Assembly: GCA_051874735.1 (NCBI GenBank)
Contig: JBJEGD010000013.1
Coordinates: forward strand, 32,001-96,000
Source of the DNA: Candidatus Bruticola sp.
GTDB taxonomy: Bacteria; Vulcanimicrobiota; Xenobia; Xenobiales; Xenobiaceae
DNA: 64,000 bases
Direction: 5' to 3'
The translations under genes were made by a program, and so were the position numbers. This document shows, piece by piece, positions 39,223 through 49,085 of the stretch. Each line of letters begins with the position of its first letter. Positions within the stretch are counted from its first letter, which is position 1. The notes below the pieces were generated by a model. That model saw only the letters and a program-made list of their open reading frames with translations. It was not told the DNA's origin and made no database searches.

Positions 39223-41832
39223 ATGAGCACCAAGTTGGAATATACGGTCGTTGATAGTCTGGAGACTCTCCAGGACGCCTTAAAGCGCCTCAGAGAAGCT
39301 CAGAAAATCTACGCTACATTTACCCAGGAACAGGTCGACAAGATCTTTTTTGCCGCTGCTTCAGCAGCCGACCAGCAGCGTATCCCGCTGGCTAAGATGG
39401 CTCATGAAGAGACCGGCATGGGCATAGTTGAAGATAAGATTATCAAGAATCACTTTGCGGCTGAGTATATCTACAATACTTATAAGGATACCAAGACCTG
39501 CGGTTTGGTTCAGGATGACAAAGCTGGCGGTTTTAAAACTTATTTAGAGCCCGTTGGTATTATTGCGGCCATTATTCCCACAACCAACCCCACTTCTACG
39601 GCCATATTTAAGACATTATTGGCCTTGAAAACCAGAAACGGTATTATTATCAGTCCTCACCCCAGGGCTAAGCAGAGCACTATTGCTGCAGCTAAAATAG
39701 TTTTAGAAGCTGCTGTAGCGGCCGGCGCTCCTGAGGGCATTATCGCTTGGGTCGACGTCCCTTCTCTTGAACTTAGCAACTTAGTTATGAAGAGCGCTGA
39801 TCGTATTCTGGCGACTGGCGGCCCCGGTATGGTCAAAGCTGCTTATTCCTCTGGTGTGCCTGCTGTGGGTGTAGGCGCCGGCAATGCCCCTGCTTTAATC
39901 GATGACAGTGCTGATATAGTCGTAGCCGTAAATTCAATTATCCATTCTAAAACTTTTGACAACGGTATGATTTGCGCCTCTGAGCAGTCCGTGGTGGTTT
40001 TGGATGGAGTTTATGACGCTGTCAAGGCTGAATTTGTCAAGCGCGGATGCTATTTGCTCAACGATATGGAAACTGAGCGTGTTCGCAAGACAATGCTCAT
40101 TAATGGCGCTCTTAACGCCAAAATTGTCGGACAGCCCGCTTATAAAATTGCTGAGCTCGCTGGTATTAAAGTGCCGGAAGACACAAAGGTTTTGATTGGC
40201 GAAGTAGAGCGTGCCGACTTTACTGAAGAATTTGCCCACGAAAAGCTCTCGCCCATTTTGGGTATGTACAGAGCTAAAGACTTCGATGAAGCGTTAGTAA
40301 AAGCTGAAGGTTTAGTAGAATATGGTGGTTTAGGTCACACTGCTTCTATTTATCTCGACCCCGTAAACTGTCAAGACAAGCTGGAGCGTTTCACTGCCAA
40401 AATGCACACCTGCCGCATTTTGGTTAATACTCCGTCTTCCTTCGGTGGCATAGGTGACCTCTACAACTTCCGCTTAGCTCCATCCTTAACTTTAGGCTGC
40501 GGTTCTTGGGGAGGCAACTCGGTCTCTGAGAACGTCGGAGTAAAGCACTTGCTCAATACTAAGTTTGTTGTGGAAAGAAAAGAAAATATGCTCTGGTTCC
40601 GTGCTCCTGAAAAAGTTTACTTTAAGCGCGGCTGCTTGCCCACCGCTCTTCAAGAGCTGCGCGATGTCATGAACAAAAAGCGCGTCTTTATCGTTACCGA
40701 TGAGTTCTTATTCAAAAATGGTTACACTAAGCCTATTACCGATAAGCTCGACGAACTTGGCATCACTCATACTAGCTTCTTCGAAGTAGCTCCCGACCCG
40801 TCATTGGCTTCTGCCAAAAAGGGCGCCGAAGCTATGCGAGCTTTCTGCCCCGACTGTATTATTGCCATCGGTGGTGGTTCTGCTATGGACGCTGGTAAAA
40901 TTATGTGGGTGCTGTACGAGCATCCCGAGGTAGATTTCATGGATATGGCTATGCGTTTCATGGATATCCGTAAGCGTGTTTACACCTTCCCTCACATGGG
41001 TGATAAGGCCTACTTTATCGCTGTTCCTACTTCAGCTGGTACTGGTTCGGAAGTTACCCCGTTCGCTGTAATTACCGACGAAAAGACCGGGATTAAGTAT
41101 CCTTTAGCTGATTATGAGTTACTGCCCAAAATGGCTATCATCGATTCCGACATGATGATGAATATGCCTCGTGGCTTGACTTCCGCTTCAGGTATTGACG
41201 CCTTAACTCACGACCTCGAAGCTTACGCTTCTATGATGGCTACTGAGTTTACCGATGGTATAGCTATGCGCTCTGCCAAAGATATTTTCAAATATCTGCC
41301 TCGTGCCTACAATAACGGCGCCTCCGATCCTGAAGCTCGTGAGAAGATGGCCCACGCTTCCACTATGGCTGGTATGGCTTTTGCCAATGCTTTCTTGGGA
41401 GTTTGCCACTCTATGGCTCACAAGCTGGGAGCCTTCCACCATATTCCGCACGGCATTGCCAACGCTCTACTTATTTGCCAAGTGCTGCGTTACAATGCTG
41501 CTGAAGTTCCTCCGAAGATGGGAACCTTCCCGCAGTACGCTTATCCGCATATGCTGTCCCGTTATGCAGATTTTGCTAGGTATTTAGGTTTCGGCGGTAA
41601 AGATGATCAGGAAAGCTTGGACAACTTAGTTGCAGCTATTGAAGATCTGAAGAAGCAGGTCGGCATCAAGCCTACTATCCGCGACTACGGTGTAGAAGAG
41701 CAGTACTTCCTTGATAAGCTCGATGCTATGACTGAGCAGGCTTTCGATGATCAGTGCACTGGTGCCAACCCTCGCTATCCTTTGATGAAAGAAATCAAAG
41801 AAATGTATTTGAAGGCTTATTACGGTAACTAG
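39223..41832 (+). CDS. adhE: Bifunctional acetaldehyde-CoA/alcohol dehydrogenase
   Basis: PTTNPTST, ICASEQ, TLGCGSWGGN, GGGSAMD, CHSMAHK, DDQCTGANPR. Confidence 0.97.
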   Translation: MSTKLEYTVVDSLETLQDALKRLREAQKIYATFTQEQVDKIFFAAASAADQQRIPLAKMAHEETGMGIVEDKIIKNHFAAEYIYNTYKDTKTCGLVQDDKAGGFKTYLEPVGIIAAIIPTTNPTSTAIFKTLLALKTRNGIIISPHPRAKQSTIAAAKIVLEAAVAAGAPEGIIAWVDVPSLELSNLVMKSADRILATGGPGMVKAAYSSGVPAVGVGAGNAPALIDDSADIVVAVNSIIHSKTFDNGMICASEQSVVVLDGVYDAVKAEFVKRGCYLLNDMETERVRKTMLINGALNAKIVGQPAYKIAELAGIKVPEDTKVLIGEVERADFTEEFAHEKLSPILGMYRAKDFDEALVKAEGLVEYGGLGHTASIYLDPVNCQDKLERFTAKMHTCRILVNTPSSFGGIGDLYNFRLAPSLTLGCGSWGGNSVSENVGVKHLLNTKFVVERKENMLWFRAPEKVYFKRGCLPTALQELRDVMNKKRVFIVTDEFLFKNGYTKPITDKLDELGITHTSFFEVAPDPSLASAKKGAEAMRAFCPDCIIAIGGGSAMDAGKIMWVLYEHPEVDFMDMAMRFMDIRKRVYTFPHMGDKAYFIAVPTSAGTGSEVTPFAVITDEKTGIKYPLADYELLPKMAIIDSDMMMNMPRGLTSASGIDALTHDLEAYASMMATEFTDGIAMRSAKDIFKYLPRAYNNGASDPEAREKMAHASTMAGMAFANAFLGVCHSMAHKLGAFHHIPHGIANALLICQVLRYNAAEVPPKMGTFPQYAYPHMLSRYADFARYLGFGGKDDQESLDNLVAAIEDLKKQVGIKPTIRDYGVEEQYFLDKLDAMTEQAFDDQCTGANPRYPLMKEIKEMYLKAYYGN

Positions 41833-41841
41833 GAGGACAAT

Positions 41842-42612
41842 ATGCAGGACATAAAGTTGGATTTAAGTGCCGCCCGCGTTATAGCGGTTCGTACTAACAA
41901 AACTATCTACCGCCTCGGCGATTACTGTATTAAGGTATTTGATAGCGACTTCTCCAAGTCTGATGTGCTCAACGAGGCTCTTAACCAGTCGCGCGTAGAA
42001 GAGACTAACCTTGATATTCCCAAGATTATCGAGGTTACCAAAATCGATGGTAAGTGGGCCATCATTACTGAGTTTATCAGCGGCCCCACTTTATCCGATC
42101 TCATGGATAAAGAGCCGGAAAAAGAAGATGAGTATATGACTCGCTTCATTAATATTCAGAACCGCATTCTGAATACTAAGGCTCCTATGCTCAATAAGTT
42201 GGTAGACAAGATGCAACATAAGATCAGCTCTACCAATTTGAATGCAACTGCCCGTTATGAGCTGCATATGCGTCTTTCAGCTATTCCACGTCAAGACAGA
42301 ATCTGTCATGGCGATTTTAACCCTAGCAATGTAATTTGCGGTACTAACGGCACCGATTACGTTATTGACTGGTCGCATGTAACCCGCGGTGCAGCTGAAG
42401 CTGATGTGGCTAGAACTTACTTAGTATTTTGGCTTTCTGGACAGATTGGCCGGGCTCAGAAGTACTTAGATATGTACTGTGCCATGACCGATACTGCCAA
42501 ACAGCAAATTCAAAAGTGGCTGCCTATCGTAGCTGCTTCTCAGTCTGTCAAGGGGCGCCCTGAGGAGCGTGAGTTCTTGATGCACTGGATTAATGTAGTT
42601 GATTACGAATAA
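41842..42612 (+). CDS. APH/choline kinase-like phosphotransferase (putative Ser/Thr protein kinase)
   Basis: CHGDFNPSNV and IDW motifs; directly after adhE. Confidence 0.85.
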   Translation: MQDIKLDLSAARVIAVRTNKTIYRLGDYCIKVFDSDFSKSDVLNEALNQSRVEETNLDIPKIIEVTKIDGKWAIITEFISGPTLSDLMDKEPEKEDEYMTRFINIQNRILNTKAPMLNKLVDKMQHKISSTNLNATARYELHMRLSAIPRQDRICHGDFNPSNVICGTNGTDYVIDWSHVTRGAAEADVARTYLVFWLSGQIGRAQKYLDMYCAMTDTAKQQIQKWLPIVAASQSVKGRPEEREFLMHWINVVDYE

Positions 42613-42624
42613 GGAGATAAGCTC

Positions 42625-42867
42625 ATGAAGGTTACAGTATGTTTAGGTAGTTCTTGCCATTTAAAAGGCTCTCGTCAAGTAGTTGAAGATCTACAGTTCC
42701 TCATTGCTCAGAATAATTTGAAGGGTAAAGTAGAACTGGGAGGCAAATTCTGCATGGGACAATGCCAGAAGGGCGTTTGTGTGACTGTAGATGATCAGCT
42801 TTTCTCCGTTTCACCAGATACTACTAAAAGTTTCTTTGAAAAGGAAATTATGGCTAAGTTGGCCTAG
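42625..42867 (+). CDS. Thioredoxin-like [2Fe-2S] ferredoxin (HfsA-like), copy 1
   Basis: CLGSSCHLKG...FCMGQC. Confidence 0.88.
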   Translation: MKVTVCLGSSCHLKGSRQVVEDLQFLIAQNNLKGKVELGGKFCMGQCQKGVCVTVDDQLFSVSPDTTKSFFEKEIMAKLA

Positions 42868-42893
42868 TCGCCACATTACCGAACTATGATAAG

Positions 42894-42942
42894 AGCGTAC
42901 AGACAAGCCGGATAAAGTTCTCCGCCGTCTGTACGCTTTTTT
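42894..42942 (+). terminator. Intrinsic terminator ending the adhE unit
   Basis: AGCGTACAGAC...GTCTGTACGCT plus T run. Confidence 0.75.
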
Positions 42943-43358
42943 ATAGCTTCAATATCCTTCCGCCCTCTGTTGTTTTTTGGTATTATTAATCACGGTTTAG
43001 AGCTGTTGGTAGTCAATTTCGCTTTAATCTATCTGAACGTGGGTGTAGATAGATATGGTAGCTTAATGGGCTGCGGTAGCAAGCCGTTTTTTTATACTTC
43101 AGACTACAAGGCTAGTATGGCCTTTTTTATAACCGCATTCTGCATGTCTTTTATATTTTCAACACCTTTTCTTTTGAGCTTAAGCAGAAAGTAAAGTGTG
43201 TCTTTATCAACCTATATATTTGGTAGATAGTTCTATATACAGATACTCTTACCAAATATATGTCTATTTTTAGGAAATTTCTTTCTAGTTGGATAGGCAA
43301 TTAGAGAAGTTGTCGCAGCGTTTACGCTTTTGTTTTGAAAATACAGGGGTTTTGCATT

Positions 43359-43598
43359 ATGGAAATAGCTGTTTGTATCGGAAGTTCTTGCCATCTTAAG
43401 GGAGCGCGCAAGGTTGTAGAGGGACTGCAAAAAATTATCGCTGAGCGTGGTTTGACCGATAAAATACGGCTGTGCGGCAAGTTTTGCATGGGCAACTGCC
43501 AAAACGGGGTCTGTGTTACCATTAACGAAGAGATGTTTTCTGTAAAACCTGCGGAAGTGCAGTATTTTTTTGAGCGCGAAGTTGCTCCCAAGCTGTAA
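43359..43598 (+). CDS. Thioredoxin-like [2Fe-2S] ferredoxin (HfsA-like), copy 2
   Basis: CIGSSCHLKG...FCMGNC; ATG 43359 aligns with copy 1. Confidence 0.88.
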   Translation: MEIAVCIGSSCHLKGARKVVEGLQKIIAERGLTDKIRLCGKFCMGNCQNGVCVTINEEMFSVKPAEVQYFFEREVAPKL

Positions 43599-43625
43599 AG
43601 ATAGTCAAGGAACTGGGGAACTATT

Positions 43626-45317
43626 ATGAGTCAGGGTTGTATAGAGCTAAAGAAATCTAATTGCAAAAACTGCTATAAGTGCATTCGCTATTGTCCATCA
43701 AAATCTATTCGTTTTTCTGGTAATCAGGCCCATGTAATCGACGAAGAGTGCATATACTGTGGCAGATGCGTAGTCGTATGTCCTCAGAAAGCTAAAGTCG
43801 CTAGGTGCGATGTCGAAAAAGTCAAGGTCTTCTTGGCTGAAGGAACTCCAGTATGCGTGAGCTTGGCACCCTCTTTTGCTGCCAACTACGTAGGGGCCAC
43901 TATCGATAGTATGAGAGAAGCTCTGAAATCTTTAGGCTTCAGCGAAGTAGAAGAAACGGCTATCGGCGCTACTATGGTGAAAAGACAATATGAAAACCTA
44001 GTAGCTGAAGGCAAGCAGGATGTCATTATTTCTACTTGCTGTCACAGTGTTAATTTATTAGTGCGTCGCCATTTTCCGGAAGTGCTTTCTAGACTGGCTA
44101 GAGTTGTATCGCCTATGGTGGCTCACTGCCATTCTCTCAAAGAGCGTTTCCCCGGCTGTAGAACCGTTTTTATCGGTCCTTGTATTTCTAAAAAACATGA
44201 GCAGACTGAGCATATCGAAGATGTAGACTGTGTACTTACTTTCAGAGAGCTTACTGAGTGGCTGAAAGAGGAAAAAATTACTGTTAAGCCCGGTACAGAT
44301 GATAATGACTACAGTAAAGCGCGTCTTTTTCCGTCCTGCGGCGGTATTTTGCGCACCATGGACTGCAATCAGCCTAATTTTGATTATATAGCTATTGATG
44401 GAGCATATAACTGTGTAAGTGCTCTAAAAGATATTCAAGAAGACAAAATTCACAACTGCTTTATTGAAATGTCTATATGCACAGGCAGCTGCATATGCGG
44501 TCCGGCCATGGATGAGAATGTAGAAGCTCCCATTAGCGCTCACTTAGCCATAAACAAATATGCCGGCAAGCACGACTTTATAGTTCCTGAGTATAATCCG
44601 GAAGAATTAAAGTGCGACCATCCGTACGATGTTGTACCGCGCGAACAGCCTACCGAAGAAGAAATTAAGCGCATTTTGCGCATGGTGGGCAAAGTCAGCA
44701 AAGATGATGAGCTCAACTGTGGTTGTTGCGGGTACAATACTTGTCGTGAAAAGGCCATTGCCGTTATTCAGGGTAAAGCTGATCTGAGCATGTGCTTACC
44801 TTACATTAAAGAACGCGCCGAATCTTTCTCCGATAATATTATCAGCAATACTCCCAATGGTATTATAGTTTTGAACGAGTCATTGGAAGTTCAGCAAATT
44901 AACAAAGCGGCTCTAACTATCCTTAATTTGCGTTCCGATTCGGCTATTTTGGGAGAAAAGATCGATCGCGTTATCGATCCGCAAATCTTCCGTGAAGTGC
45001 TTCTCACCAACCAAAACATTCTTAATCGTCAACTCTATCTGGCTGACTATTTGAAGCATGTAGATTTTTCTGTATTCTACGACAATAGTTACCACATTCT
45101 TATGTGCATTATGCGCGATATTACCGCTGAGCAGGCCGGTCGTGAAGAAAAAGAAAAAATTCGCCAACACACTATTGAGGTGACTGGCCAAGTGGTTGAG
45201 AAACAAATGCGAGTTGTACAAGAAATCGCTTTGCTGCTCGGCGAGACTACGGCTGAGACTAAAATTGCTCTCACTAAGTTAAAGGAGTCCCTCATAGATG
45301 AATCAACTGTGCACTGA
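43626..45317 (+). CDS. Sensory [FeFe]-hydrogenase, group C (HydS/HfsB), with FeS and PAS domains
   Basis: 2x[4Fe-4S] N-terminus; variant H-cluster motifs STCCHS, GPCISKK, EMSICTGSC; NCGCCGY..C; PAS (TPNGIIVLN). Confidence 0.9.
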   Translation: MSQGCIELKKSNCKNCYKCIRYCPSKSIRFSGNQAHVIDEECIYCGRCVVVCPQKAKVARCDVEKVKVFLAEGTPVCVSLAPSFAANYVGATIDSMREALKSLGFSEVEETAIGATMVKRQYENLVAEGKQDVIISTCCHSVNLLVRRHFPEVLSRLARVVSPMVAHCHSLKERFPGCRTVFIGPCISKKHEQTEHIEDVDCVLTFRELTEWLKEEKITVKPGTDDNDYSKARLFPSCGGILRTMDCNQPNFDYIAIDGAYNCVSALKDIQEDKIHNCFIEMSICTGSCICGPAMDENVEAPISAHLAINKYAGKHDFIVPEYNPEELKCDHPYDVVPREQPTEEEIKRILRMVGKVSKDDELNCGCCGYNTCREKAIAVIQGKADLSMCLPYIKERAESFSDNIISNTPNGIIVLNESLEVQQINKAALTILNLRSDSAILGEKIDRVIDPQIFREVLLTNQNILNRQLYLADYLKHVDFSVFYDNSYHILMCIMRDITAEQAGREEKEKIRQHTIEVTGQVVEKQMRVVQEIALLLGETTAETKIALTKLKESLIDESTVH

Positions 45318-46470
45318 TATCGGCTATCAGAGCCTTGTAAAATATGGTGAGCAGCTTTGCGGCGACCACGTAGATATAGTTGAGCAGGAAGACGGCTCTA
45401 TTGTTTTGGTGTTGGCTGACGGTTTGGGCAGTGGCGTGAAAGCCTGCATTCTGTCTACGCTGACTTCAAAAATTATTTCTACTATGATGGCTGCCTCCAT
45501 GAGTATCGATGAGTGCGTGAAAACGATTATCGCTACTTTGCCTGTCTGTTCGGTGCGCCAAGTTGCTTACTCTACTTTTACTATTATTCGTATAACCCCT
45601 AACTCAGAGGCAGAAGTTATTCAATATGATAACCCGCTGGTCATTTTCCTGCGTGATGGCAAGCATATAGAGCTGCCTTCAACTACTATGGAAATTAGTG
45701 GCAAGACCGTTTACTTCAGCCGTTTGCAGCTTCGAGAGGGCGATGTTTTTGTAGCCATGAGCGATGGTTGCATACATGCTGGAGTGGGGATGAGCCTTAA
45801 CTTCGGTTGGGAGCGCAAAGAAATTATTGAGTTCGTAGAAATGATGTACGGAGTTGGTTTTACGGCTAAAACGCTCAGTACTATCATTCTTGACGAGTGC
45901 AACCGCCTCTACGGGGGAAAGCCTGGTGACGACACCACTGTTTGCTGCGTGCGTTTGCGCCATCGCGAGCCTATGAACTTAATGATAGGTCCTCCCGCTA
46001 ATCCCGATGATGTGAACCGTATGATGAGCTTATTCTTTGCTAAGCACGGCAAGCATATTGTCTGCGGTGGTACTACCTCCAGCTTGGCTGCCAAATTTTT
46101 GGATAAGCCTATAGAAATGCGTTTAGAGTATTTCGATCCGGAAATTCCGCCTATTGCCAGCATTGAAGGAGTCGATTTGGTGACTGAGGGAGTAGTCACT
46201 ATAAATAGGGTGCTCACTTATGCTAAAAGTTATCTGGCCGACAATGAATGCTACAAAGACTGGAGTTATAAAAAAGATGGCGCCTCTCAGATCGCCCGCT
46301 TGCTCTTTGAAGAAGCTACCGACATCAATTTCTTTGTAGGTCGGGCTGTCAATCCGGCTCACCAGAACCCTTCGTTGCCTATAAATTTCAACATAAAAAT
46401 GCAATTAGTGAAGGAACTTACCGATTGCTTAAAACAAATGGGTAAGCGCATTAAAGTAAGTTACTTTTAA
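45298..46470 (+). CDS. SpoIIE/PP2C-family Ser/Thr phosphatase (HfsC-like)
   Basis: CGD, LADGLGSG, MSDG, GDDTT. Confidence 0.9.
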   Translation: MNQLCTDIGYQSLVKYGEQLCGDHVDIVEQEDGSIVLVLADGLGSGVKACILSTLTSKIISTMMAASMSIDECVKTIIATLPVCSVRQVAYSTFTIIRITPNSEAEVIQYDNPLVIFLRDGKHIELPSTTMEISGKTVYFSRLQLREGDVFVAMSDGCIHAGVGMSLNFGWERKEIIEFVEMMYGVGFTAKTLSTIILDECNRLYGGKPGDDTTVCCVRLRHREPMNLMIGPPANPDDVNRMMSLFFAKHGKHIVCGGTTSSLAAKFLDKPIEMRLEYFDPEIPPIASIEGVDLVTEGVVTINRVLTYAKSYLADNECYKDWSYKKDGASQIARLLFEEATDINFFVGRAVNPAHQNPSLPINFNIKMQLVKELTDCLKQMGKRIKVSYF

Positions 46471-46493
46471 TTTTCAGAAAGATTGTTGTCTCT

Positions 46494-47927
46494 ATGAATA
46501 ACATTAAATTCGATACTAAAGTTCAATATCTTAAGCATAGTGTGCTTAAAGAGGTTGTTCGCTTAGCTTTTAAAGACAAACTTTTAGAGGAAGTTCTAGA
46601 TATTCCCAAGAGGATTGTTCCTGGCAAAATCCCTACTATGCGCTGCTGTGTGTTTAAGGAGCGGGCTATTTTAGGTGAGCGAGTGCGCATGGCTTTGGGA
46701 GGAAGTTCCAACAATGAGAATATTATTGAAGTTTTAGATATTGCCTGCGATGAATGTCCAGTAGGAGGTTACGAGGTTACCAACGCTTGTCGAGGCTGTA
46801 TAGCTCACCGCTGTGAGCAGGCTTGCAGACGCGGAGCGATTACTTTTGACCATAATCAGAAAGCGCATATTGATAAGGACAAGTGCGTGGAGTGCGGCAT
46901 GTGCGCAAAAGTTTGTCCTTACAACGCTATTATGAACTTTAAGCGTCCTTGTGAGAGAGCTTGCAAAGTTAAGGCTATCAGCATGAACGAAGAAAAAGTG
47001 GCTTCTATCGACGAAAGCAAGTGCGTACGTTGTGGGGCTTGCGTTTATCAGTGTCCCTTCGGGGCTATCGTTGATAAGTCTTATATACTTAATGCTGTCG
47101 ATCTGATACGCAAGAGTAAGAATGGTGGCCCTAAAGTTTATGCTGTGGTTGCTCCTTCTATTGCCAGCCAATTCAGCTACGCTAAATTGGGACAAGTAGT
47201 CAAGGCTATTAAGGAGTGCGGTTTTTATAACGTTTTAGAGGCCGCTTTGGGCGCCGACATGGTAGCTTTCAATGAGTCAAAGGAATTGGCAGAGAAAGGC
47301 TTCTTGCTCAGTTCTTGCTGTCCCGCCTTTGTGGCTTTTGTGCATAAAGAATTCCCTAAGCTAAAAGATAATGTCTCCCATAGTTTGTCACCTATGGCCA
47401 CTATTGCCAAGTATATAAAAGAAACTGATCCGGGCTGCAAGGTGGTCTTTATTGGTCCTTGTACGGCTAAAAAGATGGAAACACAGCTCGATACGGTCAG
47501 CCCTTATGTTGATGTCTCCCTGACTTTCGAAGAGTTACAGGCTTTGTTCGATGGTTTAGAGATAGATGTAGCTTCTTTGGAAGAAGATGTTTTAGACAAT
47601 GCTTCCTATTTCGGCAGGATATTCGCCCGCTGCGGCGGCTTGGCCGACGCTGTAGCAGAGGGGCTGAAAGAGCACGGAGTTACAGATTTCGAGCTTAAAG
47701 CCGTTTCCTGCAGCGGTTTAGAAGAATGTCGCAAAGCTTTGCTGATGGCGGCGCACGGCAAGTCTCCTTATAACTTTATTGAGGGCATGGCTTGTGTAGG
47801 CGGATGTATTGGCGGTCCAGGCTGTTTAACTCATGGTGATAAAGATTCCCGTGAAATAGATAAGTATGGCCGGGAAGCTATGGAAAAGACTATTAGCAGT
47901 GCTGTTAAGCAGTATATAAGAGATTAG
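46494..47927 (+). CDS. Monomeric ferredoxin-type [FeFe]-hydrogenase (group B, HfsD-like)
   Basis: Several CxxCxxCxxxCP; SSCCPA, GPCTAKK, EGMACVGGCIGG. Confidence 0.9.
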   Translation: MNNIKFDTKVQYLKHSVLKEVVRLAFKDKLLEEVLDIPKRIVPGKIPTMRCCVFKERAILGERVRMALGGSSNNENIIEVLDIACDECPVGGYEVTNACRGCIAHRCEQACRRGAITFDHNQKAHIDKDKCVECGMCAKVCPYNAIMNFKRPCERACKVKAISMNEEKVASIDESKCVRCGACVYQCPFGAIVDKSYILNAVDLIRKSKNGGPKVYAVVAPSIASQFSYAKLGQVVKAIKECGFYNVLEAALGADMVAFNESKELAEKGFLLSSCCPAFVAFVHKEFPKLKDNVSHSLSPMATIAKYIKETDPGCKVVFIGPCTAKKMETQLDTVSPYVDVSLTFEELQALFDGLEIDVASLEEDVLDNASYFGRIFARCGGLADAVAEGLKEHGVTDFELKAVSCSGLEECRKALLMAAHGKSPYNFIEGMACVGGCIGGPGCLTHGDKDSREIDKYGREAMEKTISSAVKQYIRD

Positions 47928-47948
47928 TTTCTTCGCTTGTAGGCTTAT

Positions 47949-47983
47949 AAAATCGGCTGAAAAAATTTCAGCCGATTTTTTTT
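47949..47983 (+). terminator. Intrinsic terminator after the hydrogenase operon
   Basis: AAAATCGGCTGAA...TTCAGCCGATTTT plus T run. Confidence 0.85.
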
Positions 47984-48054
47984 CAGCAGCAGGAAAACTA
48001 TATTTAATGTAGTAATTTTCATCTCGTTGCCGCGATAGTGGGCAGCTGTACAAT

Positions 48055-48144
48055 GGAGAGCTGGCTGAGTGGTCGAAAGCAGCGGTCTTGAAAACCGCCG
48101 TGGCATTACTGTCACCGGGGGTTCGAATCCCTCGCTCTCCGCCA
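48055..48144 (+). tRNA. tRNA-Ser (TGA)
   Basis: GGAGAGC...GCGGT-CT-TGA-AA-ACCGC, long variable arm, GTTCGAATCC, encoded CCA. Confidence 0.96.
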
Positions 48145-48293
48145 AAGGTAAATAGAAAAGGGGCTGGATCGTTTTTTCTTGCGGTTCAGGTCTTTTTTTT
48201 TGTAGTGCCGCTTCTTTTGCAGTGAAATAAATGGCTTATATAAATGAAAAAGCTCCGCTGCCTATAATATTGAAGCGGAGCTGGTGCGTATTT

Positions 48294-49085
48294 TTAAGAT
48301 TTGCTCAAAATTTCTTTATAAATAGCGTAGTCTTTATCTAATAAAACGGTAAAAATCACTTTAGGAGCTGTGCTTTCACGATTCAGATAATCTCGAGTGG
48401 TGCGCAGCGCGATTTCTGCTGCTCTGTGGTTAGGAAAACAGTAAACGCCGGTTGAAATACAGCAGAAAGCTATAGAATCTAATCCTTTTTCATGAGCTAA
48501 CTGCAAAGAATTGCGGTAACAGGCAGCTAAAGCCTCCTCATCCGTTTTCTGCAGCTGACGGTAAATAATGGGGCCTACGGTGTGAATAACGTACTGACAG
48601 GGGAGGTTGTACGCTTTAGTTAGGCGAGCTTCTCCAGCTTGCAACGAGCGCCCCAAGCGCTGCATAATTTCGGCGCATTCTGCCCGCAGCTGCAGTCCTG
48701 CAGCTGAATGGATCGCATTATCGACGCAGTTATGGCAGGGAATAAAGCAGCCGAGCATATCTGAATTAGCAGCGTTGACAATAGCTCCGCAGCGTATTTT
48801 GCTGATATCCCCTTGGTGAAGATATATTTTATCAGCTACCGGATTGAGTTGGCTAACTTCAGTAATATCTAGGCTATTGAGTTCTTCCTGAAAATATTCA
48901 TCTTGTATTTTTATAAACTCTGAACTAATTGCTTTGGGAGGGCGCACATTAAGTAAAGAGCGCAAAAATTTCTTTTGCTTATCTTCTTTGTCGGGTATTT
49001 TAGTACTAGAGGATATTTCTCTGCTGTTGATAGCTTCTCTAAGCAGTTCACTGATTAAAAAGACTCTTCTTTCACTCTGATTCAT
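48294..49085 (-). CDS. Zn-macrodomain protein-ADP-ribose hydrolase
   Basis: GDI, VNAAN..MLGCFIPCHNCVDNAIH, HTVGP, FCCISTGVYCFP. Confidence 0.88.
   Translation of the reverse strand: MNQSERRVFLISELLREAINSREISSSTKIPDKEDKQKKFLRSLLNVRPPKAISSEFIKIQDEYFQEELNSLDITEVSQLNPVADKIYLHQGDISKIRCGAIVNAANSDMLGCFIPCHNCVDNAIHSAAGLQLRAECAEIMQRLGRSLQAGEARLTKAYNLPCQYVIHTVGPIIYRQLQKTDEEALAACYRNSLQLAHEKGLDSIAFCCISTGVYCFPNHRAAEIALRTTRDYLNRESTAPKVIFTVLLDKDYAIYKEILSKS

Noticed and set aside
39017-39226. 69-aa TTG ORF overlapping the adhE start (ATGA)
   Set aside because: No RBS or recognisable motif, and it coincides with the structured element; not called as a CDS, though a leader peptide cannot be excluded without ribosome profiling.
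42970-43194. 74-aa hydrophobic ORF between the two ferredoxins
   Set aside because: TTG start without RBS; composition reflects T-rich intergenic DNA.
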